64,000 nucleotides of DNA from Camelus ferus. Taxonomy: Eukaryota. The stretch is taken from positions 58,468,001-58,532,000 of the forward strand of contig NC_045696.1 in assembly GCF_009834535.1 (NCBI RefSeq), written 5' to 3'. Numbering within the stretch: the stretch's first letter is position 1; each line of letters starts with the position of its first letter. The notes under the pieces were generated by a model that was not told the origin of the DNA, did not search any database, and saw nothing but the letters and a program-made list of their open reading frames with translations. Below, in pieces: positions 26,135-40,004 of this stretch. The translations under genes and the position numbers were made by a program.

Positions 26135-27490
26135 CTACATATAAAATTAAAGAGAGTAGAGACTGTATTATAAGATGGAAAGAGCTCAAAGTTCCTTTTT
26201 ACCAGAATACACATTGTTATGTAAAAGTGCTTTTAATTGGACATAATTAAAATATAGTCTATATTTAAAATAATTACATACTAAAAGAAGTCTACAAAAT
26301 GTTGGGAACTTGGCTATAAAATTTTAATGAGCAATATCAAGACATAATGCCTTATAAATGAATGTATATATATTTTTTTTACTGATCTATCTTTGCACTC
26401 ACTTGCCCTTCTGCTTAGGGGGAAAAAAATCTCACCAATACAGACCCTTATTCAGCAGGTGCAAAAGAAATTTACTGGAGTTATATCTCTATGCCAAAGT
26501 TAAAAACGTAAATTTACCATTGAAATAAAACTTGACAGTAGTGGATCCCCTGAAATATATATTCATATTCATTTGTCTGTAGATATAGCTAGCTACATAT
26601 TTAATATATGACAGACTTGACTATGTTCCTCACATTAATAATTAACTTAAAAGGAAATAAAACTAGAAAGTTCCACCTATGAAGGATGTTTAACTTAAGT
26701 AGCAGTAAAATAAAATGCAAATTAAAACAAGGATCCTCTTTTTTTTTTTTACTTAAATTAACAAAGTATTTTTTAAATGATGGTACCCAAAGCATCATCA
26801 TCAGTCATCACCAATAGCACTTCAAAGTGATTCAAACCTTTTGCAAAGTAATCTGGCAATACAGTATTGAGAGAGACACACACACAAATTATAACTTTCA
26901 ATTTAGCAATTCCAGTTCTGGGAATGTATCCTAAGGAAATAATCTCAATCATGGAAACAGCTACAAGCAAGAAAACATTCATCTGTCTATGCATTACTCA
27001 TAATAGGAAAAACAAAGGAGGAGGGAGAGAGCCCAGAAAAAAATGCCAAATAGCTAATAAAAAGAATAATTATGTAAATTATAATACATTCATTTGATAT
27101 ATTCTGCAGCTGGTAAAAATAGTTATGAAAACTAGGGAGAAACATGGAAGAAGTCTTATGGTGGGTTAAATTGTAACAGCAGAATGCAAATTTCTGTATA
27201 CTGTATGATTGCAATTCTTCAAAGATACACTTCCAAAGAAAAAGTATCAGAAGAAAATACCTTAAAATGATAATGATGGGGCTATTAGGGTGATGAGAGT
27301 ATGAATACTTTTGTTTTCTATTTTTCTACATTTTGTGATGTAATTATATTACTTTAAAAATGAAAATTTATTAAATTTTTGGATTGGAGATTTGATTTGC
27401 TAGTTTGGGATTTTTTTTCTTTTTGGAATGTTTCCCAGCATCTCCTTCTATCTCACTGTATCTCTGAAGCCTTGGTAAAACTAAATAGCA

Positions 27491-27689
27491 GGGGAAGGAG
27501 GTATAGCTTAGTGGTAGAGGATGCACCTAGCATGCACAAGGTCTTGGGTTCAATCCCCAGTACCTCTATCAGAAATAAATAAAAGCCTAATTACCTGCCC
27601 CCCAAAATAAGTAAAAATAAATAAATAAAAATGTGAAATTGTAAAAAAAAGAATGCTCAAAAAAAAAGAATAATTGAAAAATTAAGAAA
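27491..27689 (+). mobile_element. tRNA-derived SINE (camelid Vic-1-like) with long A-rich tail
   Basis: A box tagcttagtgg, B box ggttcaatcc, A-rich tail; TSD aaaactaaa(t/c)agca at 27477-27490 and 27690-27703. Confidence 0.85.
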
Positions 27690-27859
27690 AAAACTAAACA
27701 GCATAACCTTCGAGTAAAATTTTGGGAACAAATTTGGATAAATTACAGGTGAAAATGCCTGTGATGGAATATGATGTGGGAAAAAAATCTGGATACAAAA
27801 TGTTTTATCTAATATGATCCTGATTTGTTTAAAAATATTTTTATTAAATATAAGGCTTG

Positions 27860-28846
27860 ACTTTCTTATATATGACATAAAAAGTACAAGCAATAGAAGA
27901 AAAAATAGATAAACTGGACTTCGTCAAAATTTAAGTTTTTTTCTTCAAAAGATACCATTAAGAAAAGTGAAAAACAACCACAGAATATGAGAAAATATTT
28001 GCAAATCAGATATCTGTTAAGAGACTTGTATCCAGAATATATAAGGAACTCGTAACTCAACAATAAGAGGAAATAACCCAATTTTTTAAATAGAGGATTT
28101 AAGTAATTTCTCCAAAGAAGATATGAAAAGATGCTCACCATTGCTAGTTATTAGGGAAATGAAAATCAAAACCACAATGAGATACAACTTTACACTCACA
28201 AGATTGGCTATAATCAAAAGACAGGCAACTAACATTTGCAAGGATCTGGAGCAACTGGAACTCTCATTCATTGTGCTGGGAATGTAAACTGGTGCACCTG
28301 CTTTGAAAGATAACTTGGAAGTTCCTCAAAAAGTTTAACAGTTACCTTAAAAGCCCAAAATTCCATTCCTCCTGTATGTGAATGTTCAAAGCAGCATTAT
28401 ATATAGTTGCTAAAAAGTACAAAAAGCCAAATGTCCATCAGCAGATGACTAGATAAACAAAATGGAATATGCATACCATGAAATACTATTCAATGGAATG
28501 AAGTCCTGACACATGCTACTGCAGGGATGAACTTTGTCAACATCATTCTAAGTGAAAGAAGCCAGTCACAAAGGGCCACACATTGTATCACTATTTATAT
28601 GAAATGTCCAGAATGGGCAACTCTATGGGGACAGAAAGTAGATTAGTGGTTGCCCAGAGCTGGGAGGTAAGAGGGTTGGGGAATGGATGTGGAGCTTTTT
28701 TTGGAGAGACCAAAAATTCCAAAATTAGGTAGTAGTGATGATTGTACAACTCTGTGCAGGTACTAAAACCCACTAAATCCATAGGCTTTAAATAGGAGAA
28801 TTATGTGGTGTGTGTGAATTACATTTCAACAAAGCGGTTAAAAAAA
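27860..28846 (+). mobile_element. L1M-type 3' fragment (ORF2 end + 3'UTR)
   Basis: atagataaactggacttcgtcaaaatt...gaaatgaaaatcaaaaccacaatgagatac...aagtgaaagaagccagtcacaaa, ending in an A-run. Confidence 0.8.
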
Positions 28847-30448
28847 GGACCTCTGCTTTGACCCAAGGGTGTTTAAGAAGGTTGACAGAAGTACAACAAT
28901 AAATTAGTAGCTGTTACCTCCCAAGTCTAGATTGACAGGGGCTTTTCATTTTCGTTCTATTTTTTGGTGTTAGCCAGTATTCATAATGAGCATTGTCTAA
29001 TAAAGCATATCAGTAATTATGGTTATGCACTCTCAGAGTGCCAGTGAGGCAGAGCTGCCAAGGGCTTAAGCAAGCTCAAGAACAGGCCGACCTGGGTCAC
29101 AGTCCTGACTCCAGGCTGCTAGTAACTAGTTGTGCGACCTTGGGCAAGTCACCTGGACCTCTCTGTGCCTTTGTTTCTTCTTCTGCACTAAGGACATCAT
29201 AGTGATTTCTCCATACGGGGTTGTTTTGGACATTAACATAGAAAGTCCGAGTATGTGCAGGGCACAGTGCATGGCGATAGGAGGGGTAGGAGTCGCAGTA
29301 GTAGTGGTACTAGCAGCAGTGGTGTCCATAATGCCAGAAAAGGTTGAGAACTGCCACTCTCAGTGGCGAGGCCCTCTGTCTGCAGATTGGTCAGCTGTAA
29401 GTCAGGAGGGCAAGGAGGGCACCTCTGCAACTCCCAGGCCTTTTGCAGGTTATGTTGAGAAAAGCATCCTTTTGGTTTCCTGGTCATTTTGAATTCCTAA
29501 TACTGGTTATTTTTTTTCTGAGCTTTGTGGAGGCCAGAGGGAAGCCAGGCGGTGGTATTTTTTTTTTTTTCAGTTTTGCTACTATGTACAATTAATTTTT
29601 TCCTTCTTTTTCTTCTCTAAAATTCACATCCAAATAAATGATTGAATTTTGAATTCTTTTTTCACCGAAATGAAATTACCTTGTTGGCTTCAAAAACGAC
29701 ACTTTGAAAGAGATAGAGTAATGGACCTTAATGGAATATAAGGTTTATTTACTACTGTCAGATCTGTCCCATCAGGATTACCATAAATTCTATAATTTTA
29801 CTGAGCTCCTGCATAACTAGGGGAAAATTAGGCTGGATTTTTGCTCTTTTTATTTTGAGACTGGCTGTCGAGATCAACCTGAAAAATCAGGATTAGTTGT
29901 TTTGATGATTTGCATTTTGCGTCTATATTGTCTTTTGTCACAAGCATCAGAAGGTATCAATTTCTGATTTCTTCAGTAATTTTCCTGATACTGATTGTCT
30001 GGCAGAGGAGCACAGGGATTCCTCATTCTGTTTGCTCTTAGATGATCAGGAGGACTGTGTTTCCCAGTCTTCCTTGCTGTTATGCTGTGGGGTCTGTTAC
30101 TGGCTTTTCTGTCCAGTAAGATAGAAGGGAGCAATAGAAGCCACCTTCAGTGTGGCTCTTAAAACGTCCTTAGTGATCCTCCAGCTCTCTCTTCCCTTGG
30201 ATGCCATGTGTTCCAGATGAAGGAACCATGACCCCTGGGCCCCCCTTTGAAGAGTTGCTGCTGAGGGAGCAGCCCAAGACACTGGACCATGATATGAGTG
30301 ATACATTAAACTTTATTGTATTGAGCCTGCCCTGTCTTGTCTAAAATAAACTGCATTTTAACACAGAAAACCTTAAATTCTCCCCTAAGAGGGCTGGTGT
30401 CATGTCACATTAACTGTGAATAATCTTGGTCTACATATTCTGCTTTTA

Positions 30449-30537
30449 ATTTTTTTTTAATGGAATTAGTAGAGATTGAACCCAGGACCTCGTGCATGCT
30501 AAGGATGCATTCTACCACTGAGCTATACCCTCCCCCC
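30449..30537 (-). mobile_element. tRNA-derived SINE, short form
   Basis: Reverse-complement head (ccactgagctataccctcccc) and B box (gattgaaccc), poly-T end; ttctgctttta duplicated on both sides. Confidence 0.85.
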
Positions 30538-31263
30538 ATGTGTTCTGCTTTTAGTAACATAATTAGCATCAGACATTCACTCAGCCTGGATCCTTATGTG
30601 TTATATGCAGCATCATTTGGTTATTTGCCTTTACATTCTTTTCATTCCAACAGGAAAGAAGGGCTGCTGTTTACCCAGCCAGGGCTGTGACATCTGACAC
30701 CAGAGCTCACTTTTTGTCCCTACGGCTTCTCTCTAACCTGTATGCCTTGGTTCTTCACCTGTAGCCAAATGCAACAGTAAGAGAGATGAATGCATGAAAA
30801 TGGTAATATACTACCTTACACGGAACATGTTATGATCGTCTTTTCCCCTCTTCAGGAAAAAAGTTGTTTGGCAACCAAATTACTAATGCATTAGGGTGAA
30901 CACACTCATAAGGTGAGAGATTACATACTGTTTCTCTAGCTAAAAATTCGGAAGTTCTTAGCACCTTCCAAGCTATCACATTTATGTTACAAAATCTTTT
31001 TTCCCTCTAATTTATAAGCATCTTAAAGGATCCAGGTTGTTTTGTTTTGCTTCTTTGTGCGTTGAGTTTTTTTGTAATCTCAAGTGCTGAGAGCTGGTTT
31101 AGCCTTACTTCTCATTTCATAGCAAATTATTATCAGTCTACATGAGGCCCCTTTGTAGTTTTATATCATTGTATTTGTATCCATTCATCTCCACTCCCCC
31201 CCAGATTGTTATCCACCAATGCATCTGATATATGTTGTTAAATATGCATGTATCCTCATGAAA

Positions 31264-31299
31264 TGTGTGTGTGTGTTTGTGTGTATGTGTGTGCGTGTG
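31264..31299. repeat. Imperfect (TG)n microsatellite
   Basis: tgtgtgtgtgtgtttgtgtgtatgtgtgtgcgtgtg. Confidence 0.75.
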
Positions 31300-31711
31300 A
31301 AGTCTTTGTTTCGTCTCCATAGATATCAAATGACACTGTACCAGTTTCGATGCAAAAGTCTGGGCTAGTTTCTAGAATGTCAAATAGACCACTACCTCTA
31401 CAGACTCTCAGATAATGTGCTGGCAATTAGATTATGCAACTTTATTACATTCAATGCCCTTTGAAATGTGATTAGTTCTTTTAAGGATCATGGACCCTCA
31501 TGACATTTAGCTTATAAATAATTAAATCCAATTAATACACCAGATTGAACCAAACCTAATTTATTTCAAGTTCTGGTTCTTAGCAGAGGAGGCCTTGGTT
31601 CACTACTTTTGAAATAATTCCATCTTCCCTTCAATTCATATGAGTAGTAAAATACAGATGACAAGAAAGGGGAAGTTATACATGTGGAGTTTATATTAAA
31701 ATGTGGTATTT

Positions 31712-32002
31712 CAAAATAGAAATAGACTATAGAATACAAACTTATGGTTGCCAAAGGAGAGAGGGGTGGGAATGGACAGACTGGGATTTCAAAATGTATA
31801 ATGGATAAACAAGATTATACTGTATAGCACAGGGAAATATATATAAGATCTTGTGGTGGCTCACAGCGAAAAAAATGTGACAATGAATGTATGTATGTTC
31901 ATGTATAACTGAAAAGTTGTGCTCTACACTGGAATTTGACACAACATTGCAAAATGACTATAACTCAAAAAATATATAAAAAAATAGAAATTTTAAAAAT
32001 TA
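31712..32002 (+). mobile_element. Young, heavily 5'-truncated L1 3' end with TSD
   Basis: L1 3'UTR (tactgtatagcacagggaaatatat), A-rich tail; 17-bp TSD attaaaat(g/a)tggtattt at 31695-31711 and 32003-32019. Confidence 0.85.
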
Positions 32003-33799
32003 ATTAAAATATGGTATTTTATTAATTTGAAAAAGCTTCACATTCCAGAAAAGCAGAGAATAATATAATAAATTACAAGCCTCTACATTTATTCTTTAAA
32101 AAAAATTTATTTCATAATATATAAAAAGGCAATAAAAGATTATGAAGAGCATCACTGTGTCCATTCCTCACTTAAATCTTACACAGTTGAAGGCACTTTC
32201 CTGACTCTGTTCCGCTCCATTCTTCTACTCCCCAGACACCGTCATCCTGAATTTCATGTTTACCATTCCCAGGTTGGTCTTTATGCTTTTACTACCTGTA
32301 CGTGCATCCAAAACAATAGTATTATTTTGCAGATTTTAAACTTTATATAATTGATATCATACTCTTTGTATCCTTTTGTGACTTACTTTTTTATTTAATT
32401 TTTTTGGAGATTTTTTTCTCTTGTTAATACGTGTGGTTCTGAGGCATACAAATACCACTGCCGTCTGTTTTATTCTACAACTGAAGTTTAGTTTTGCGCT
32501 GACAAACAGTGCTGAGGCGAGCATTCTTGAGCACATCCTCTTGGGTACATGTGAGGGAATTTCTCAAGAGTGATGCTTGAGGGTGAGAGGATTTCAGCTT
32601 CTGGTGCTTCCTCCCTGGCAGGACAGCTTCTGGTGCAGCTCCCTCTTCCGTCTCTGGCGGCCCCCTGGGCAAATACCCTGATGAAGGCAGCCACTGGGTC
32701 AGTGACTGAGCGCATAGAAGGTGATGCTCCCTCTAGTCCCCCTTGGCTGCCACAGTTCCTCTGACTGTGCCACCTCTGACTCTGTTCTCACCACAGTGTC
32801 TGGAATACCCCTTAGCAGTGTTTCTGTGGGAGCCCCGGAACACTGCCCCTCAGCAGCATCTCAGCCTTGTGCTCCATCTCGGCTCTGACCTCTTTACGCT
32901 CACTGTCTCGCTCCCTCAGGCTGCACCCTAACTCCACCTCATTCACTCCTTTCACCTGTCACTGTCTTCTCCCTGCTGCCACTCCACCATTGCTCCCTGT
33001 CTTCACTTACCTTTTTTTCCACTCCTACCAATGCCCTTATTTCCTCCACCTCGAAGCCCTCCTTGCCACTGGGTTTATCGTTTTCTTACTCCATCATCAG
33101 CTTTCTCATATTTGCCACCAGAGTCCTCTCTACTTTTCGACCCCCTCCCCCCAACTTTTCCCTTCCTCCTTCTCTCCCACCCAGTACAGGCCTTCTCTCT
33201 GTCACCAGGGTCCCTTTGGCCATCAGTCTCAACCACCCTCTTTCTCTCCTTTCTTTCACCCTCATCACTGTGCACCTCTCTGCCACCAAATCATTTCATT
33301 CCATTGGATCCCTCATTCTTAATGGGCAATCTTTCACCTCCATCATTTGCCTTGTCTTCTCTCTCCCTGAAGCACACTCAGACCTGAACTCTTTTTCACC
33401 CACCAGACCTCACTTTCTGTCACTGGGCCCATCCCTATCATCTGACCCCTAACACATCACTTCACCTCTGACTCAATCTATACCACTTTAACCTAATCCC
33501 ACTGAATATGGAATCACAGAGCTCATCTCCACGGAACCCCTCCTGGTTGGCCTCTTCTATCCCAACAGTCTCAGGCATTGACCCTTCAAAGTCAATTGTC
33601 TGAGAAGGTGGGCTCCTCTCTGCTGAGTTCCACATTAGGAAAGGTGTGTGAGAGATGAATTTAGGAGTGCCTGCAAGGGTCAGAGTCCAAGGAAATGATC
33701 AAGGCTGAGCTCCTTAGCTACAATCAGGAGATGTCCCTGGATCCAGTGAACTGGGAAACCCCCCAGAGTAAAATGGGTATCAGTATTTATACACACTCG

Positions 33800-34268
33800 A
33801 AGTCTGATAGACTGAGAAAGACACAACATGACTTCTGGGATATTCTTGCCAAAAATGTGTAAGCTCAATCTAATCAAGAAAACAACAATCAAACCCAAAT
33901 TGAGGGACATTTTACAAAATAACTTAATGGTACTTTTCAAAAGTACCAAGGTCATGAAAATGAGAAAAGACTGAGGAAATGTCACAGATGGAGGAGACTA
34001 AGGAGAGATGGTTACTAAATGCAATGTGGGATACTGGACTGAATTCCAGGACAGAAATACATTCATGGGGAAACTAGTATAAAACTCTCTATAAGTCTGT
34101 AGCTTTTTAGTGATTACACCAATGTTAAATTCTGGGTTTTAATAATTGTACCTTAGTGATGTAAACTGTTAGCAGTAGGGGAAGCTGGGTAAAGATTATG
34201 CAAGAACTCTATTATTTCTGTGACTTTTCTGTAATTCAAGATTATTTCAAATAAAAAGTTAAAAAAAA
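33800..34268 (+). mobile_element. Old L1 (L1MC/ME-type) 3' end
   Basis: caaacccaaattgagggacattttacaaaataac...ggagactaaggagagatggttactaaatgcaatgtggga...caaataaaaagttaaaaaaaa. Confidence 0.7.
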
Positions 34269-35717
34269 TCTAGGCTTCATGCCTTTGGGAGGGTCAATTT
34301 TTGATCACTGATACAATTTTGTGTTAATTATTAGTTTATCTAGGTGTTCTATTCCTTCTCTAGACAATTTTGGTGTTTTTTTCCTAAAAAATTTCCATTT
34401 CAACTATATTTTCAGAATTATTGGCATGACATTCATTTATATTATTCCCCAATGTGTTTTGAAATCTACATTGAGTTTGTAGTTAGGTTACCCTTTTCAT
34501 TGATGATATTATTCATTTGTGGGTTTTCTTGCTCTGTTTTCCCCCTTTGATCAGGACTATAAGAAGTTTATCTTTTTTAAATTAGCCTTTCAGAGACTCT
34601 GTGTTGGTTTTGTTGATCATTATAGTGTTTGTGTTCTATTTTTAGTAATTTCTGGTTTTATCTTACTTTTTTTCTTCCTTCTGTTCTTTGGTGTGTTCAT
34701 TCTATTACCCTTTTTCTAATTTCTCGAATTGAACACTTTGCTCATTAATTTACCATCCCTTTTTTTCCAACATAAACCATCATATAGTATAGTTATTTCT
34801 TCTAGTTCTATTTGTCTGCATCACTAAGTTTTTGCAAGAGGTGGTTTCATTATTGTACCATTTTAACAGTCAATCTCTATGACAATTTTTCCTTTAATCT
34901 ATGAATTCCATTATTTATCAGTTGCCTTTTATTTTGAAATACATGAAACAATAATTATATTACTATTAATACTAATTTTATTTTATTAAAACATGGGCAT
35001 TCTTGTAATCCAAGTAATATCACTGTTGTCTGCCACAAGGTTCACAGTACAATTTTAATAAATGCTATCCATCTGCTCCTCAGTCTTCCTGCCCAAAGAG
35101 GTATCGGTTGCCTGAAATGAGGAAATAGTGTTTCAAAATGACAAAACCAATAATGTTTCAAAATAGAAAATGTATAATTGACTGACTGATCAGAGGTTTC
35201 AGCTTTGGCTCACCCTCCCCACATCTCTCCAACAATTTTGTGTACTAATGAAGAGTCAAAGCCCACCTTTAGCTTGATTTGTGATTCAGTCCATCATCTT
35301 CAAACAAATTACAGCTGCTTAAAGTCTTCAAATTAACATTTCTTCTCTGGCACTTGCAGGTATCAATGACATCTGTATGTGGATAGAGGTTATGAAGATT
35401 TGCGATTGTGCCGAAGAATATAGGCCCAGAATCAGTACTTATTATTGCTGGTGTTAAAGGATGACAAGTAATATCCTGCTGAATTTATATATTCCCACTA
35501 TTTGAAACACTGAGCTAAGCTGGAATCTGAAGACAAGGTCAGGAAAGTCACTCTAACATAGAACCTAATGAGGTTTAATATACAAGGGAAGGGAGTTTCT
35601 GTAACTTACCCTATTTTGTGGTTTCGAGTGCTTTTCTCTATGAGTCTAAGATGTTAGAAGTAGCCCTAACTCATTCAGACTAAAAAGGGAATCTAGCAGT
35701 AGTTATCCATCACTGCC

Positions 35718-36075
35718 TGTGTTATTTAGGATTGTCCAGAGATACAGAACCAATAGGATAGAAGGTTAGAGAGATACAGGTAGAGAGAGAAGTATATCTG
35801 CAGGGTGGGCTGCAGGCTGGAGACCCAGGAAAGAGTCAATTCTGCAGTTCAAGCCTGAAGATCTGCTGGTAGAATTCCTTTTTCCTCAGAGGAGGTCAGT
35901 CTTTGTTCTATTTAAACCTTCCACTAATTGGATGAGGTCCTTCTCAACCTACTCTTCTCAAAGTTCACAGATTTAAATGTAAACTTCATGCAAAAAACAC
36001 CATCACAGAATAATGTTTGACCAACTACCCAACACTGTGGCCCAGCCAAGTTGACATATAACATTAGCTATCACA
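35718..36075 (-). mobile_element. MLT2 (ERVL) solo LTR
   Basis: tgtgttatttaggattgtccagagatacagaaccaatagga...cccagccaagttgacatataacattagctatcaca; 5-bp TSD ctgcc/ctgtc. Confidence 0.8.
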
Positions 36076-39000
36076 CTGTCCCGGGAGCACGGGGGCTGTC
36101 ACGGGTGGCTGCTAGTATTTTGGTCCCTGGGGGACTGGATGCCCAAAAGGAAAAATGCCCTGACTTTGATTCCCAACTGTGTTTCTTTTCAATTTTTTTT
36201 TTTAACGTTGTGCAGTTTAGTTAACCCCTTGGAGTTTCAGATTCTTTCTATGACTAAATAATGTGTTGAGAGAATTAAACGATATAATCCTATATAGCAT
36301 CCAAGGGTCCCTTTGTAGATGCTCAAAAATTGTTTACTTCCCTCTGTTTCCCCAGGAAGAAACATTCTCCAGCTGCTGCCTTAACCTGAGCCAAACTCCT
36401 TATGAAATGACCCAACACACTGTGCTCTGACACCCTGATCACAAAGCCACATTCTAATGACTAATTCCATTTCCCACATATGTGAACATAAGAATTCTCA
36501 TTGGGAAGGATTGTCCCCTTGTTCATGAATACAAGGCATTCTTATTCATAAATCAGTGTCTGGGTTAGCAATTGTTCATAAGAGAAGAAACCCACCCTAA
36601 GAAACTCATAGAAAGAAGGTTTGTTATCAAGACTGAGGGGAGCCTTATAGAGATATAATTGTAAGAAATAGCCTATCCTCAATGGAAACCATAAAAATAA
36701 ATTACCTGCCCCATCTCCCTCTAAGGAGACATAGTCATTTCTCTTGGGCTTTCTTGGCTATGTTCTAAACGTCTGCGCCCCTGTCATTTGGGGCTGTGTG
36801 TGGCACTTCATAAACTCTCTGGCCTACCCTCTACATGACCTTGCAGCTCCACACACATGGTATCTGACCAGCTCACTGTATTTCTTAGAGCAAATTTAGA
36901 GAGCCTGATTGACTGCTGGCCAGCTTCTTTGGTCAGATGGTCCAATCAGCTGTGGCTAAGTGGGAATGAATCATGGAATTGATAGGCTAATCGTTCCAGG
37001 AATATGAGTCCAAAACTCAAGCTGAAATGGTAAGATGGGTGTGTCAGGCAAATCAACTTGCAACTTAGTCTCTACTATGGTCGTCTATGCCCTCTGCTCC
37101 TGCATCCCCAGCTCAGCTTGCTTTTAGCTCACAGCAAGCCTCCAGGCTTGCACAGGCTGCTTGCTCCCGAAGTAAGAGAAGCCAAAGCTTCTGTCAGTCT
37201 TTCTGCCCCTGGTTGCCTTTGGCCACTGAAAAACCTTGCCAACTCCATATGTTGCTCCTGATAGGCTGCTGTGGTTCTTGGCATGGACTGGACATCTCCT
37301 CTTTCCTGCTTTTGTATCCCTGTCTCCAGTCTCAGTGGCTTCCCTTGTCTTGGCCTCCCTCTCCCTCCAAGACCTGTGGATTTTGTCTGTAATCATCATC
37401 CCCTAGCGTGATCCAAGATCTTCTCTCAGGATGCTCAGGTCCCAGTGCTCTACTCTGCTCCAAGACAAACCAACATATAACAGTAGCTTTCTAAAAAAGG
37501 CAAATCCCAACGTGGCTGGATCCCTAAGATGTCCTAAGATGACAAGCCTAAGACAGTTGGTCTGCCTTCACTGCCACCAACTGCAAGTGGTAGCAAAGCA
37601 TCACAGTGAAAAGAACAAGCATGTGAGTCAGCAAGCCTGGATTTGAATCCCAGCTCTTACATTCATTAACTGTGGGGCCTTGGCCAAGTTTTCTGAGACT
37701 TAGTCCTATAAAATAAAAATAATGATAATATTTAAGGTACTGAGTTGCTAGAAAAATAAATCAGATGGGTGCAAAGTAAGTAGCACAAAATAAAGAAATG
37801 GTCATAGTTATTTTTAATCATCTTTTTCAGTGTTAATAGAACATTTCCCAACCCCCAAGAAACAGCCAAAGAGTAGGTATCGCTATAGCACACAGTCAAC
37901 TCCTCAATTCTGAAATAGGCTTTTCTCTCCACTCCATCTATTCTACAAGGTCACTGCCATATGGGGGCGGTGAAGAAATGACGGATGTATTTATAGCAGT
38001 TAGGGAAACCATATTTTGGATTTGGAGAACTTCCCCCACCTAAAACCCTCTCCAGTAATAAAAGTTTAAAGTCCTTTCTTTGCAGCTTACCTTATTTTTT
38101 TTCCTAAACCACAGCAGCAATGTCACATTGAGGTCTCTCTCTCTGTGCAAGCACCACTGTGCTAAGACATATTTCTTACTGAATTTCAATAGGAGTGAAA
38201 ATTATTTCTGAGTCCTTAGTTCTTTTAGCCAAGAAGTATATAGTAATTAAAGTACTATATGTAAACAGGAACAAGAAGTAATTTATAGCTTATGTGCGAT
38301 CATTTTATTCTTTCATGAATTTCCATATTTATGTATTTGAATAAAACCTATGAATACTAACTGGCTCTTTATTCCAGCAAATGAGATGGCTGGGGAGTGT
38401 ACTGAAGAAGGAAGGTGTGGGGCACATAATTGAAAAATAAGATGGAACGATGGACTTGAGATGCATGTCTGCCACTGAATCATCTTGTGACTCTGACTAA
38501 CAACACTTTGTTCTCTGATTCTTCACCAGGAAGATTATGGTAATAGAACTATTTGGAAAGCATGGCGTGAGAGTCTATTTTTTTAAAAGAACATCAAAAA
38601 TATTTTTGGACTTTTGGACCCAAACAGGCAAACCAAAACAAGAGTCTGGGAAATTAGAATCCTGGTTTAGCCTGAAACATTTTACCCTTGGTTAACAGTT
38701 TGTAATATTTGAAGAAGCTACTTTAAATCTAGGATTTCAATAGATTAATAATTCTCATGCATTGTTTATTTACCCAAAGAGACAGATGAATGGGCAACTT
38801 ACAAAAGATGAACCCATTTGGCCAAGAAACATATAAAACAATTTCCATCTTCGCTAATCATATAAAAATTCCAAGTTAAACAACAAGGTAACTTTTTTTC
38901 CACTTCTCAGATTGGAAAAAAATAAATAGTCTGATGATACAAGTCTGGCTTTGGTTAGGATGTGGGGAAATGCACGCATTATTAGCAAGAGTATAAATTA

Positions 39001-39846
39001 GCACAGGAGTTTTAAGAGCAATCCGGTAGTAGTTTCAAGACATTTTAAATCTGCATTCCCTTTGACTGAGAAATTCCACTTCAAGGAATCTGTCCTACCA
39101 AAATACTTACTTATGATAGTCTTTGTGACATCAGCATTTGCAATGACCTGAAAAGGGAACCTCAACATCCATTAATAGAAAGTGATTGAGTAGCTTACAG
39201 TGATCCATATTACCACTTGCTACTGTGAAAAAGAATGAAGTGAATCCACAGATACTGACTGGGGTAGGAAGAAGGACTGTGCATGAAATATTGTCATAAG
39301 AACAAATTATAGAACAATATGTAGAATATGATCTCATTTTTTGAAAAAGCTTTTTGTGAAAGATACTCAAATAGCAAGAGGAAGATTGTAAAAAAAAAGT
39401 TAAAAGTTAAAAGTTATAGGATGACTTCTTTTTTACTTTATATATGTCTACATTATAATTATCTAAACAAGTATAAGTTACTTTTCTGTTAAGATAGTTT
39501 AAAATCGTGTGTAATTTTATATGGACAGGCTCTTACAACTATTTCTTCCTCCATCTCCCTCACTGCACTGGGCCAACTTTTTCATGTGGATTTTCTCTTC
39601 TTGTTTTGGGAGGCATTTTTATATAAACAACTTTTTCCTCTAATTATGAAAGAATATCTATTTATTGGAGAAAATTTGCAAATTTCAGAGAGTCTGTCAA
39701 ATAAAATAAAACAACACTAATCTCACTCTCTAGAAATAAACTGTACATATATTTTTCTGTATCATCTTTCAGCCTTTTTGAAATAAATCCTTAAAATTTA
39801 GAATTATATGGTAACATACTGATTTTTTCTTGTATACTAATTTTTA

Positions 39847-40004
39847 AAAAATAATTGTTACTATTTTATTATTTTTGTTTCATTTTGGGGGAGAGGTAAT
39901 TAGGTTTATTTATTTATTTATTTTTAACGGAGGTACTGAAGATTGAACCCAGGACCTCGTGCATGCTAAGTACACAATCTATCACTGAGCTATACCCTCC
40001 TCTC
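39847..40004 (-). mobile_element. tRNA-derived SINE
   Basis: Same family as the other copies; 16-bp TSD tgtatact(a/g)attttta at 39831-39846 and 40005-40020. Confidence 0.88.

Noticed and set aside
27491..27570. tRNA-like sequences with A and B boxes (also in the other three SINE copies)
   Set aside because: They have A-rich tails and TSDs and are mutually diverged, so they are SINEs rather than tRNA genes.
35341..35470. Plus-strand acceptor-like site (tcttctctggcacttgcag|g)
   Set aside because: No partner exons on the + strand; the minus-strand reading is longer and fits the chain.
35610..35679. Small minus-strand exon candidate (tttag|TCTG..AGG|gtaagt)
   Set aside because: Good donor, but short and not phase-compatible with the next candidate, so it was left out of the model.
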